The notes beneath the pieces are model-generated. The model ran no database searches. It was not told the DNA's origin and saw nothing but the letters and a program-made list of their open reading frames with translations. DNA of 64,000 bases from assembly GCA_013298895.1 (NCBI GenBank), contig JAAFJM010000006.1, positions 27,673-91,672 on the forward strand, written 5' to 3'. The stretch's first letter is position 1, and each line of letters starts with the position of its first letter. Origin of the DNA: Bacteroidota bacterium. Lineage in GTDB: Bacteria > Bacteroidota > Bacteroidia > UKL13-3. Made by a program: the position numbers and the translations under genes. This document shows, in pieces, positions 9,513-19,744 of the stretch.

Positions 9513-11483
9513 TTACATCTTAAAACTTCGCAATTCAAAAGTAAAAACAGTGCCTTGTCCTTTTTCACTTTCGGCATAAATAGTTCCATTATTTTGTTTG
9601 ATAAAATCATGGCAAAGCATTAAACCCAAACCTGTTCCTTTTTCATTAGCCGTTCCTTGAGTGCTTGGGTTTTTATGTTGGGTAAAAAGTTTGTTTAATT
9701 TATCTTTATCTATTCCAATTCCGTTATCAATCACTGATACTTTTGTAATATCATTTTCAGTGATACTTGCTATACTTACCTCTCCCCCATCGTTGGTAAA
9801 TTTAATAGCATTTACTATCAAATTACGCAGCACCAAATTGATGGTATTGCTATCTGCAAAAATTGTATCTTCAGTATTACATAAGTTTACCAAATTGATG
9901 TTTTTTTGATGAGCCAAACTGGCTGCTAAAGCAATATTTTTATCAACTAACTCTACTACATTTAATGGCTCAAAAACCAATGGCATGCCTTTTATTTGCG
10001 CAGCAGCCCATACCAATAAGTTCTCTAGTAAGTCAATATTATTTTCAACCGATGAAGCAATTTGCCTAGTAAGTTCTTCTGTATTTTCTGGCTTGTATTT
10101 TTTATTACTCATCAAATCAAAATACAATTTCATGGTAGTTAAATTATTGCGCAAATCGTGACTGATAATACTAAAAAATCTATCCTTTACATTGTTTAAT
10201 CTACCGAGTTCTTCTGTTTGAATTTCTAAGGTTTTATTTTGATTAGCCAATGATTTACTAATACGTTTGTTATTGATAAAAAAATAGAAAAACACAATAG
10301 CCAAAAGCACAAATAATCCAACTATGGCCAAAAGCATATTCCTGAGTTGTTTTTCTTTTACCAATTGCGCTTGACTTAACTCTTCATTTTGTTTCAGCAA
10401 GCTCAATTGTTGTTGTGCTTTTTCTTTATCGTAAATCAATTGTGTATTGGTTACGCTGGCTAAAATAGAGTCGTTGAACAATGAATCTTTTATTTGATTA
10501 CTCAATAACGAAAATGTTTTAGATTCAAAACCTTGGTTCTTTGATTTTGAAATAATAGCCAAACCTTCGTAAGCTTCTTTCAACTCAAAACGTTGGTTTA
10601 ACAACTTGGCTTTTTGTAAAGCTTGTTTGTAATTTTGCTCCGCAACTCCATAATTATTGAGCATTAACTCGGTATTTCCTAAGCCTAATAAAATACTTGT
10701 TTCCAATACATCCGAATTGGCTTGTTTTGAAATATTGTACGACATTTGGTAAAATGTCAAAGCACGCTTATAGTCCATTTGCGCGTAATAAAGTTTGGCT
10801 ATATTTTGGTAAGTAATGGCCTCACCTGCTTTATTGCCAATGCTTTTATAAATGCTCAAAGCCTTTTTATAATACACTTCCGACAATTTATACTTTTTTT
10901 GCAAAGCATAAATTTTACCAATATTTTCATATACCGTTAAAGTTCTAAAAGTATTTTTATTGTTCTCAAAAATTTGAGCAGCTTTTAAGTTAAACTCTAT
11001 GGCTTTAGTAAAACTATTTTGTCTTTCGTAAATACTTGATATGAGCACATACACATTTATCAATTCATTGGGCAAGTTTAATGCTTCAAATATTTTTAGC
11101 GCTTCTAAACTTAATTTGATGGCATTGGGTAAATTACCAAGGGCATAATTACAATCGCCAAGTGCGTAGTAAATTTGTGCTTTGGCTTTATTGTTTTCAG
11201 TAGTCAATTCTAAAGCCTTTTGATAATTAGCTATGGCCAAACCAAAATTAGCCGATAGGTAATAATAAGCTCCTAAGGTTCTGTAGGCCTTAACTTTTAA
11301 TGGAATATTATTTGAATTTTCGGTTAAAGCAACTGCCTTTTTACTTAATTCAAGTGCTTTAGTTATATTTTGTGTGCCTAGTTTATTAGCAGCATCTATT
11401 AAACAATCAGCTCCATTTGTAGCATCTTGGCAAAAAACATTGCCAACCAAAAACATAAAAACAAATAGATAGATATAGCGCAT
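9513..11483 (-). CDS. TPR-containing sensor histidine kinase
   Basis: Signal peptide, TPR helices, TM segment, H-box IISHDLRNNL, N-box NLIVNAIKFT, G-boxes DNGIGI and GTGLGL. Confidence 0.93.
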   Translation of the reverse strand: MRYIYLFVFMFLVGNVFCQDATNGADCLIDAANKLGTQNITKALELSKKAVALTENSNNIPLKVKAYRTLGAYYYLSANFGLAIANYQKALELTTENNKAKAQIYYALGDCNYALGNLPNAIKLSLEALKIFEALNLPNELINVYVLISSIYERQNSFTKAIEFNLKAAQIFENNKNTFRTLTVYENIGKIYALQKKYKLSEVYYKKALSIYKSIGNKAGEAITYQNIAKLYYAQMDYKRALTFYQMSYNISKQANSDVLETSILLGLGNTELMLNNYGVAEQNYKQALQKAKLLNQRFELKEAYEGLAIISKSKNQGFESKTFSLLSNQIKDSLFNDSILASVTNTQLIYDKEKAQQQLSLLKQNEELSQAQLVKEKQLRNMLLAIVGLFVLLAIVFFYFFINNKRISKSLANQNKTLEIQTEELGRLNNVKDRFFSIISHDLRNNLTTMKLYFDLMSNKKYKPENTEELTRQIASSVENNIDLLENLLVWAAAQIKGMPLVFEPLNVVELVDKNIALAASLAHQKNINLVNLCNTEDTIFADSNTINLVLRNLIVNAIKFTNDGGEVSIASITENDITKVSVIDNGIGIDKDKLNKLFTQHKNPSTQGTANEKGTGLGLMLCHDFIKQNNGTIYAESEKGQGTVFTFELRSFKM

Positions 11484-11563
11484 GAAAAAAGTTTATAAGG
11501 CAAATCTAAAATAAAACTACTAAGTTTTTTCTTAAAATGAATCAATGTAAAAACTATCCTAAA

Positions 11564-11585
11564 AGGTTGGTGAAAACACCAACCT
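11564..11585. repeat. Short perfect palindrome, REP-like
   Basis: AGGTTGGTG-AAAA-CACCAACCT with no U-tract on either side. Confidence 0.5.
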
Positions 11586-11641
11586 CAGGCAAAACGTTTT
11601 CAATGTAATGAAAAGTAGAATAAATGTTATTTTTAGTATTT

Positions 11642-12289
11642 TCATTTGGATAAGTAATTAAATTCAACTCTTGTTTGATTATTTTTTATAGAAAAAGTTC
11701 CAAATTCTTTATTAACAAATGCAATAGCAAAAGCCGAGTCGTTCAAATTATGATATATATCTATAACATCTTTATAGGTATTATTTCCTCTAACTAAACT
11801 ATCATAAAATGTTCCCCCAGCTTTTGAACCAATCCTAAAGTCTCTAACTAAAAAATATAATTCATTAAATTTAATTTCTACTAAATCGGGTAATATTCCA
11901 AAATAGTAGCCTTTTTTACTATGCCTCACATCAAAACTCCCATTTCCTTTAATAGTAGTATATGTATTATGCAAAGTTTGGTAACAATTTTGGTCGTTAT
12001 TATCAGGGTTGCTCGTGGTACGTTCGCAATACCAAGATGTATCGGTTTTGGTTTTTACAAAGGTTAAGGTATCGCCTTTATCACTTGCAAAGCTTATGGT
12101 ATCAAAAGCCTTATTGGTAAAATAAGGTGTTTGGTTTAGCTGCGCTGCTGTTAAGTAAAAGTAATATTTCTTGGGGTTGTAGTTTTGTGAATTGTTGTTG
12201 TCTTTACTACAACTTTGGGTTAGCATAATTATTGTTATTATGCTTAGTAGTTTTAGTTTTATAATTATCGTATAGTTTAATGTTTTCAT
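11642..12289 (-). CDS. Hypothetical lipoprotein
   Basis: ATG at 12289 gives MKTLNY..., a hydrophobic stretch and lipobox LTQS-C; no family recognised. Confidence 0.7.
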   Translation of the reverse strand: MKTLNYTIIIKLKLLSIITIIMLTQSCSKDNNNSQNYNPKKYYFYLTAAQLNQTPYFTNKAFDTISFASDKGDTLTFVKTKTDTSWYCERTTSNPDNNDQNCYQTLHNTYTTIKGNGSFDVRHSKKGYYFGILPDLVEIKFNELYFLVRDFRIGSKAGGTFYDSLVRGNNTYKDVIDIYHNLNDSAFAIAFVNKEFGTFSIKNNQTRVEFNYLSK

Positions 12290-12591
12290 ATTATGTAAGT
12301 TTAAACAATACTTAAAATAAGGTATGTTTTCAAAAAACAAACATTGGTTATTTTTATTTAATTACAAAGGAAAGTATTTGTTTATCAAACTATCCTATAA
12401 GTTAGCGCAGCACTACTAAGATTTAAAATGAATGTGATGTCAAATAGCTATTAAACTCTATGCTTTTGCCTTGAGCACAAGATTACGAACGGAAGTGAGA
12501 AGTAATTTCAAAGTATTACATAATCTGATAAAAATTAAACATTACCATGTAAATGGTATTTGTATTTAATTCGCATAAAATTTTAAAAACC

Positions 12592-13782
12592 ATGTACAAA
12601 ACATTACAACCCATTTTACAAGCTGAATTAAAGGAAATAGAAGAAGCAGGTTTATTTAAACGCGAACGCATTATTACCAGTCCGCAAGCTGCCGAAATTA
12701 AAGTAAGTACTGGAGCCGAAGTGTTAAATTTTTGTGCCAATAATTACTTAGGCTTATCAAGCCATCCTAAAGTTTTGGAAGCTGCTAAAGCTACTATCGA
12801 TACACATGGTTTTGGGTTAAGTAGTGTGCGTTTTATATGTGGTACACAAGATATTCATAAAACTTTAGAAGCTAAAATTTCGGAATTTTTAGGAACTGAA
12901 GATACCATTTTATATGCCGCAGCCTTTGATGCAAATGGTGGTGTTTTTGAACCATTATTTAACGAAAAAGATGCCATTATTAGCGATGCTTTAAACCATG
13001 CAAGTATTATAGATGGTGTACGTTTATGCAAAGCAGAACGCCACAGATATGAGCACAATAACATGGCCGATTTAGAAGCTAAATTACAAGCCACTGCTCA
13101 TTGCCGTAACCGCATTATTGTTACCGATTCGGTATTTAGTATGGATGGAACCATAGCACAGCTAGATAAAATAGCTGAATTAGCCGATAAATATGAAGCA
13201 TTGATTATGATTGACGAGTGTCACTCAAGCGGATTTATGGGCAAAACCGGAAGAGGAACTCATGAACATTGTGGCGTATTAGGGAAAATTGATATTATAA
13301 CTGGTACACTGGGCAAAGCTTTAGGCGGAGCAAGTGGCGGGTTTACAAGCGGTAGAAAAGAAATCATTGACATGTTACGTCAACGCTCACGCCCCTATTT
13401 ATTCAGTAATACTCTAGCTCCAAGCATTGTTGGTGCAAGTATTGCGGTATTAGATATGTTAACCGAAACTACCGAATTACGCGACAAATTATGGGAAAAC
13501 ACCAAATACTTTAGAACCAAAATTGAAGAAGCTGGATTTGATGTAAAACCGGGCGAACATGCCATTGTTCCTGTAATGCTTTACGATGCTAAACTTTCGC
13601 AAGACTTTGCTTCACGTTTGTTAGAGGAAGGAATTTATGTGATTGGGTTCTATTACCCAGTTGTTCCAAAAGGACAAGCGCGTATTAGGGTTCAAATTTC
13701 GGCAGGACATGACAGAGTCCATTTGGACAAAGCCATTGCCGCATTTACCAAAGTTGGTAAAGAATTAGGAGTAATAAAATAA
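12592..13782 (+). CDS. kbl: Glycine C-acetyltransferase (2-amino-3-ketobutyrate CoA ligase)
   Basis: [44 protein letters not shown]; ATG at 12592. Confidence 0.96.
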   Translation: MYKTLQPILQAELKEIEEAGLFKRERIITSPQAAEIKVSTGAEVLNFCANNYLGLSSHPKVLEAAKATIDTHGFGLSSVRFICGTQDIHKTLEAKISEFLGTEDTILYAAAFDANGGVFEPLFNEKDAIISDALNHASIIDGVRLCKAERHRYEHNNMADLEAKLQATAHCRNRIIVTDSVFSMDGTIAQLDKIAELADKYEALIMIDECHSSGFMGKTGRGTHEHCGVLGKIDIITGTLGKALGGASGGFTSGRKEIIDMLRQRSRPYLFSNTLAPSIVGASIAVLDMLTETTELRDKLWENTKYFRTKIEEAGFDVKPGEHAIVPVMLYDAKLSQDFASRLLEEGIYVIGFYYPVVPKGQARIRVQISAGHDRVHLDKAIAAFTKVGKELGVIK

Positions 13783-13801
13783 CTTATAATCAACACAATA
13801 G

Positions 13802-13833
13802 AAAAGCGAAAACCAAAAATTTTCGCTTTTTTT
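13802..13833 (+). terminator. Intrinsic terminator after kbl
   Basis: AAAAGCGAAAA-loop-TTTTCGCTTTT followed by a T tract. Confidence 0.75.
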
Positions 13834-13913
13834 ATTTTAGTACAATAATTTTTTTTCAGCCATACTGACATTGGTTTGATTTTTGTTAAGTTTGTTTCAC
13901 AAATATTTGTTAA

Positions 13914-14411
13914 ATGACAATTCCTTTTAGCCAAATGCCGCCAAACGCCAAAGTTTGGATATATGCTAGCGATAAAATTATCAATGCTTCGCAATTAGAA
14001 ACCATCCATCAAATGTCAGTTCCATTTATTCAAAACTGGACCGCTCATCAAAATCAACTAAAAGCAGAGTTTGCAGTTTTGTATAATTGTTTTTTGGTTT
14101 TTATGGTTGATGAAGGCTTTAATGAAATCAGCGGTTGTGGTATAGATAAATCTGTTAAATTGGTCAAAGAAATAGAACAAGCCACAGGCTTAAATTTATT
14201 CGACAGACTAAAAATTCAAATATTAGAAAATCAAAATATTCATATTTTCTCAAAAACAGAAGCACTTAAACGAATAGAGAACAATGAACTAAGCACAGAG
14301 GCAAAGGCGTTCAATAACCAAGTAAGTGTAAAATCACAATTTGATGCTGAATGGATAATTAACATAGAAAAAGCTTGGTTTTACCCAAAAACAAAATTAC
14401 AATCAGTTTAA
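13914..14411 (+). CDS. Conserved Bacteroidota hypothetical protein (family often loosely labelled 'ABC transporter ATPase')
   Basis: KVWIYAS, WTAHQ, SGCGID and FDRL motifs; no Walker A motif. Confidence 0.75.
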   Translation: MTIPFSQMPPNAKVWIYASDKIINASQLETIHQMSVPFIQNWTAHQNQLKAEFAVLYNCFLVFMVDEGFNEISGCGIDKSVKLVKEIEQATGLNLFDRLKIQILENQNIHIFSKTEALKRIENNELSTEAKAFNNQVSVKSQFDAEWIINIEKAWFYPKTKLQSV

Positions 14412-14488
14412 AATACATTTTGCTAGGTCAAAACTATTTGTAGTTTTGAAAAAATATAAAAATTAATCAAAAATAAATAATACCTTAA

Positions 14489-16567
14489 ATGGCCGATATC
14501 AATTCAAACGATTTAAAACCTCAAAACGAAAACAATCCTAGTCCACGCAAAAACAGCAATTTGCCTAAATTCAACTTTTATTGGATTTATGCCATTATAG
14601 CTATTGTAATGATTGGCTTGTTTTTCCTACCAAAAGATTTTGCACAAAAAACAACTTGGCTTTCGGTAAGAAACAACATGATTTTAACCCACGATGTTGA
14701 AAAAATTATAGTGGTTAACAAAGAAAAAGCAGAAGTTTTTATCAAGAAAAACTCTCTTTCAAATACCAAGTACAAAGACGTAAAAGGCCAAGGAAGTTTT
14801 GGAGAAACAGGACCTCAATACTATTTTGAAATAGGCGATTTACAACAATTTGAAAAAAACATGGATGAAGTGCAAAAAGACTTTGGCCAAAATGAAAAAA
14901 TTGTTGTTGAATTTGCCAATACACGCGAAACATCTAACTTTTTAGTAAATTGGTTACCCATTTTATTATTAATTGGTTTTACCTTCTTTATGGTACGCAG
15001 AATGAGCGGTGGTTCAGGCGGAGGAGGCGGAGCCCAAATATTTAATATTGGCAAAAGCCGTGCACAACTATATGACAAGGAAACTAATGTAAATATTACC
15101 TTTAAGGATGTAGCTGGTTTAGACGAAGCCAAAGAGGAAGTAATGGAAATTGTTGATTTCTTGAAAAATCCTAAAAAATATACTGTACTTGGAGGAAAAA
15201 TCCCGAAAGGAGCCTTATTAATTGGTTCACCAGGAACTGGTAAAACATTATTAGCTAAAGCTGTAGCTGGCGAAGCTGGTGTTCCATTCTTCTCACTTTC
15301 AGGTTCCGATTTTGTGGAAATGTTTGTAGGTGTTGGTGCTAGCCGTGTTCGTGATTTATTCAAACAAGCCAAAGAAAAAGCTCCTTGTATTATTTTTATT
15401 GATGAAATTGATGCTGTTGGTCGTGCACGTGGTAAAAATGCCATGCAAGGTGCTAACGATGAGCGTGAAAATACCTTAAACCAATTGCTAACCGAAATGG
15501 ATGGTTTTGGAACTGATATTGGAATCATCATTTTAGCTGCAACCAACCGTCCTGATATTTTAGATTCAGCTTTATTACGTCCAGGAAGATTTGATAGACA
15601 AATTTCAATTGACAAACCAGATTTAAAAGGCCGTGCTGCTATTTTTAGAGTGCATTTAAAACCTTTGAAATTAGCCGCTGATGTTGATGAAACTAAATTA
15701 GCTACTCAAACTGCTGGTTTTGCTGGTGCCGAAATTATGAATGTTTGTAACGAAGCAGCTTTAATTGCAGCCCGTAGAAATAAAGAAATGGTTGACATGG
15801 CTGATTTCCAAGCAGCTGTAGACAGAGTTATTGGCGGTTTAGAAAAGAAAAACAAAGTAATTTCTGACCACGAAAAACAAATAGTAGCATACCACGAAGC
15901 AGGTCATGCCATTTCAGGTTGGTTCCTAGAACATGTTGATCCATTGGTTAAAGTTAGTATTGTTCCTCGTGGAGTTGCTGCTTTAGGTTATGCTCAGTAT
16001 TTACCAAAAGACCAATATTTATACACTACCGAACAAATGATAAACATGATGTGTATGACCTTGGGAGGACGAGTAGCTGAAGATATCATTTTTAATCGCA
16101 TAAGTACAGGTGCGCAAAACGATTTAGAACGTATTACCAAAATGGCTTACGCAATGGTTACCATTTACGGAATGAATGAAAAGGTAGGTAATTTAAGCTT
16201 TAATGACCCTAATAATGAATATGGTTTTACCAAACCTTATAGCGATAAAACAGCTGAGTTAATTGACCAAGAAGTAAGAGCTCTTGTGGATTTGTGCTAT
16301 CAAAAAACAAAGGCCTTATTAATTGAAAAGAAAGAACTTCTTGAAATTTTAGCTCAAGAATTATTGAAAAAAGAAATAATATTCCAAGCTGATTTAGAAG
16401 TAATATTAGGTAAACGTCCGTTTGAATACCGCAATCAAGAAATTGAAGCAATGGATGCTGAAAAACTAAAATTAGACGAAGAGGCAAAAGAGTTAGCCGA
16501 TAAGAAAACAGAAACTTCGGAAATTAAAGATACTTCCAGTGAATCAATAGCTGATTCCAATATTTAA
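14489..16567 (+). CDS. ftsH: ATP-dependent zinc metalloprotease FtsH
   Basis: Two TM helices, GSPGTGKT, FIDEIDAVG, SRH ATNRPDILDSALLRPGRFDR, HEAGH. Confidence 0.98.
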   Translation: MADINSNDLKPQNENNPSPRKNSNLPKFNFYWIYAIIAIVMIGLFFLPKDFAQKTTWLSVRNNMILTHDVEKIIVVNKEKAEVFIKKNSLSNTKYKDVKGQGSFGETGPQYYFEIGDLQQFEKNMDEVQKDFGQNEKIVVEFANTRETSNFLVNWLPILLLIGFTFFMVRRMSGGSGGGGGAQIFNIGKSRAQLYDKETNVNITFKDVAGLDEAKEEVMEIVDFLKNPKKYTVLGGKIPKGALLIGSPGTGKTLLAKAVAGEAGVPFFSLSGSDFVEMFVGVGASRVRDLFKQAKEKAPCIIFIDEIDAVGRARGKNAMQGANDERENTLNQLLTEMDGFGTDIGIIILAATNRPDILDSALLRPGRFDRQISIDKPDLKGRAAIFRVHLKPLKLAADVDETKLATQTAGFAGAEIMNVCNEAALIAARRNKEMVDMADFQAAVDRVIGGLEKKNKVISDHEKQIVAYHEAGHAISGWFLEHVDPLVKVSIVPRGVAALGYAQYLPKDQYLYTTEQMINMMCMTLGGRVAEDIIFNRISTGAQNDLERITKMAYAMVTIYGMNEKVGNLSFNDPNNEYGFTKPYSDKTAELIDQEVRALVDLCYQKTKALLIEKKELLEILAQELLKKEIIFQADLEVILGKRPFEYRNQEIEAMDAEKLKLDEEAKELADKKTETSEIKDTSSESIADSNI

Positions 16568-16592
16568 TTTTAAGAAAAATAGCTATTTAAGA

Positions 16593-16627
16593 CAGCTTTG
16601 AAATTCGATTTCAGAGCTGCTTTTTTT
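16593..16627 (+). terminator. Intrinsic terminator after ftsH
   Basis: CAGCTTTGAAAT-TCG-ATTTCAGAGCTG followed by a T tract. Confidence 0.75.
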
Positions 16628-16852
16628 ATTTATGGTAATTAGCAAGCTGATAAAATACTAATTAAAGACTGCTTTTCATAAAATTACATATTTTGGTAAA
16701 ATATTATTTCTACATTTCAAAATTGAACTAAAAAACTATATTGCACGTTCAAAATTCAACCAATAGTCTATAGAATATACATTATACTTAAACAAACTTT
16801 ATTTAGTAATTAATTTCATAAGCAAGTTACTTGTTATAAATAAAATGTATAG

Positions 16853-18154
16853 ATGAAAAAGCAAACAATGTTAAATTTTAAAAAACTTAGTTTATTTGTT
16901 GCCGCAAGTTCAGTAATTACAACTGTATTTGGGCAAAAAACCATTACTACCAAAGACTTACAGAATGGTCAAAATTCAATAAGTACAGCTGTTCCTTTCT
17001 TGGGTATTTCGCCCGATGCGAGGGCTGCGGCCTTAGGAGATGCAGGGGTGGCAATGCCCGATGACATTAATGCGATGCATTGGAATTTAGCCAAAACACC
17101 TTTCAATACTAAAAATGGAGCAGTTGCAATTTCATACACTCCTTGGCTACGTAATTTAGTACCCGATATTTCATTATCTTATTTAACGGCTTATTATAAA
17201 CTCGACAAGCGCTCTGCAATTGCAGGTTCATTGCGTTATTTTTCTTTAGGTCAAATCCAATTTACAGATAACTATGGTGCGAGTACAGGTAATTTTACAC
17301 CAAATGAATTTGCCATTGATTTAGGCTATGCCACTAAACTAAACGAAAAATTTAGTTTAGGAGTAGCTTTCAGATATATTTATTCGAATTTAGCTGGTGG
17401 ATTTAACCAATCCCAAACTCCAATAGATGCAGGTGTTTCGTATGCAGGCGACATAAGTGCCTACTATAAAGATAATACTACTTTTAAAGACAAAGCAAAC
17501 GGAAAAAAATACAATGTAAATTATGGTTTTGGTGCTGTAATTTCAAATATTGGTTCTAAATTAACCTACACCTCAGCTCAATTTGAAAATTTTATTCCAA
17601 TAAATTTGCGTCTAGGAGGTTATGCCAATGTTGATATTGATGAATACAATAGTGTAGCATTTATGTTAGATTTAAATAAGCTAATGGTTCCTACAAATCC
17701 TTATTACCTAAGAAATTCAAAAAATACAGCAGATTCATTGGATAGAAACAGAAAACCAATAATATCAGAGGGAGTGGATCCAAATGTGCCAGTGGTTCAA
17801 GGAATGATTCAATCGTTTTATGATGCTCCAGGTGGATTCAGTGAAGAAATGTCAGAGATTAATATTTCTACTGGTTTAGAGTATTGGTATAATAAACAAT
17901 TTGCTTTAAGAGGTGGTTATTTTCACGAACCTCTTACAAAAGGAAATCGCCAATATGCAACATTTGGTGTTGGATTACGCTATAATGTATTTGGTTTAGA
18001 TGTAGCTTATTTATGGCCTTTCCAACAACGCCATCCTTTAGAAAATACTTTACGATTTACACTAACATTTGACTTTGATGCATTTGTGGATCAAAAGGAT
18101 GAGCCTACCAAGAAAAAAACAAAAGTAGTAGAAGAAGACGCTCCTGCTGAATAA
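16853..18154 (+). CDS. porV: Type IX secretion system outer-membrane shuttle PorV
   Basis: TAVPFLGISPDARAAALGDAG, SYTPWLRNL, EYWY...FALRGGYF, KGNRQY, HPLENTLRF; followed by ispF as usual in Bacteroidota. Confidence 0.93.
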   Translation: MKKQTMLNFKKLSLFVAASSVITTVFGQKTITTKDLQNGQNSISTAVPFLGISPDARAAALGDAGVAMPDDINAMHWNLAKTPFNTKNGAVAISYTPWLRNLVPDISLSYLTAYYKLDKRSAIAGSLRYFSLGQIQFTDNYGASTGNFTPNEFAIDLGYATKLNEKFSLGVAFRYIYSNLAGGFNQSQTPIDAGVSYAGDISAYYKDNTTFKDKANGKKYNVNYGFGAVISNIGSKLTYTSAQFENFIPINLRLGGYANVDIDEYNSVAFMLDLNKLMVPTNPYYLRNSKNTADSLDRNRKPIISEGVDPNVPVVQGMIQSFYDAPGGFSEEMSEINISTGLEYWYNKQFALRGGYFHEPLTKGNRQYATFGVGLRYNVFGLDVAYLWPFQQRHPLENTLRFTLTFDFDAFVDQKDEPTKKKTKVVEEDAPAE

Positions 18155-18164
18155 TAAAAAATAA

Positions 18165-18638
18165 ATGAGAATAGGGTTTGGGTTTGATGTGCATCAATTG
18201 CAAGAAGGTCGTGACTTTTGGTTAGGAGGTATTAAAATTCCTGCCGAAAAAGGAATATTAGGCCACAGTGATGCAGATGTGCTTTTACATGCTATTTGTG
18301 ATGCCATATTGGGCTCTTTGGCCCTTGGTGATATTGGAAAACATTTTCCTGACACTGATAGCTCATTTAAAGGAATAGATAGTAAACTATTACTTATAAA
18401 AGTAATGGAATTAATTACCAATAAAGGTTATAAAATAGGCAATATTGATACAACTGTAGTTTGCCAAAAACCTAAAATTATGCCTTATGCTGATGATATG
18501 AGAAGCTGTATTGCAAAAATTTGTAATATTGGAATGGATGACATTAGCATAAAAGCAACTACTAATGAAACCATGGGCTTTATTGGTAGAGAAGAAGGAA
18601 TAGTTGCCTACTCAGTAGTACTTTTACTACCTATTTAA
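18165..18638 (+). CDS. ispF: 2-C-methyl-D-erythritol 2,4-cyclodiphosphate synthase
   Basis: RIGFGFDVHQL, GHSDADVLLHAICDA, GDIGKHFPD, IKATTNE. Confidence 0.98.
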   Translation: MRIGFGFDVHQLQEGRDFWLGGIKIPAEKGILGHSDADVLLHAICDAILGSLALGDIGKHFPDTDSSFKGIDSKLLLIKVMELITNKGYKIGNIDTTVVCQKPKIMPYADDMRSCIAKICNIGMDDISIKATTNETMGFIGREEGIVAYSVVLLLPI

Positions 18639-19654
18639 TTCCATACTTTTGTACCTTCAGTACAATTAGTACATATATCAATTTCTTTTCTGCTTTTTAA
18701 AATGGCTTTTCTAAAGTTGTTGTATTGTTCGCCACTCCAAACACTTTTAAAACTTTGTTTAGTAATATTTCCAAAGCGATGAGTTGCGTCTTTATCAAAA
18801 CAACAAGGAACAACTAAACCGTCCCAAGTAATCACACTTCCTCTCCACATTCTCCAGCATTGATTTAACAATTTATTTTTTATTTGATACCCAGTTTCAG
18901 TTTTTGAATACCTACTCAAATCTTCGTTTTCTGGAATAAATTCATTGCTTGTTTGATAATCATAAATTTGAGCTGTTTTTATTCCAAGTTCATCCACACC
19001 TATTTCTTTGGCTAGTTTCTTAATTTCAGGAATTTGGTGCTCATTGTGCTTAAATGCAATAAATTGCCATATAATATGCGGTGTTTGAATGCCAAGCTCC
19101 TTTTTCCATTTTAAAAGATTTTCAGTACCTTCAATCACTTTATTTAATTGTCCACCTTTTCTGTATTTACTATAAGTTTCTTGATTGGTTCCGTCTATTG
19201 AAATTATTAATCTGTCTAAACCCGACTCAACAGTAGCTTTCGCCATTTCATCATTAAAATAGTGCGCATTACTACTTGTGGCAGTATACAAATTTTTGGA
19301 CGCTGCATACTTTACGAACTCTAGAAAACTTTTGTTTAAAAAAGGTTCTCCTTGAAAATACAAAATAAGCCATACTAGTTCGGGGTGTAATTCATCTATA
19401 ATTTTTTTATACAGATTTAAATCTAACATGCCTGTATCACGAGTGAATTCTCTTAACCCACTTGGACATTGGGGGCAACGAAGATTACAACTAGTTGTTG
19501 GTTCTATTTCCATACTTAGTGGCATACCCCACTGTATGGGTTTTTTAATGGTTTTTGAAATATAATAGCTGCTAAATAATTTAACCGCATTTAATATGCG
19601 CCTGCTATTTAACTTGGAAAATAAGTTTAAACCATCCTTTAAATTTCTATTCAT
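18635..19654 (-). CDS. Radical SAM/SPASM domain protein
   Basis: CNLRCPQC (CxxxCxxC), QGEP, and C-terminal C...CC...CTNC SPASM-type cysteines; stop overlaps the ispF stop. Confidence 0.9.
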   Translation of the reverse strand: MNRNLKDGLNLFSKLNSRRILNAVKLFSSYYISKTIKKPIQWGMPLSMEIEPTTSCNLRCPQCPSGLREFTRDTGMLDLNLYKKIIDELHPELVWLILYFQGEPFLNKSFLEFVKYAASKNLYTATSSNAHYFNDEMAKATVESGLDRLIISIDGTNQETYSKYRKGGQLNKVIEGTENLLKWKKELGIQTPHIIWQFIAFKHNEHQIPEIKKLAKEIGVDELGIKTAQIYDYQTSNEFIPENEDLSRYSKTETGYQIKNKLLNQCWRMWRGSVITWDGLVVPCCFDKDATHRFGNITKQSFKSVWSGEQYNNFRKAILKSRKEIDICTNCTEGTKVWN

Positions 19655-19744
19655 GTATTATTTCAAAAAACGACATTATTTTATTGCCAAACAAGTACTA
19701 TTAATGAAATATTGGAAAGAGGTATCAATTAAGGTTTAAGTAAT

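Noticed and set aside
12470-12500. GAGCACAAGATTAC as half of a REP element
   Set aside because: No complementary arm follows and the match is too short to support.
14821-15615. 264-aa antisense ORF inside ftsH, and similar antisense ORFs in kbl, sucD, aspS, carB and others
   Set aside because: They are antisense frames of conserved genes with no recognisable motifs and are expected from codon bias.
18635-19654. Radical SAM/SPASM enzyme as a RiPP maturase
   Set aside because: No adjacent precursor peptide, transporter or peptidase; it lies between radA and ispF.
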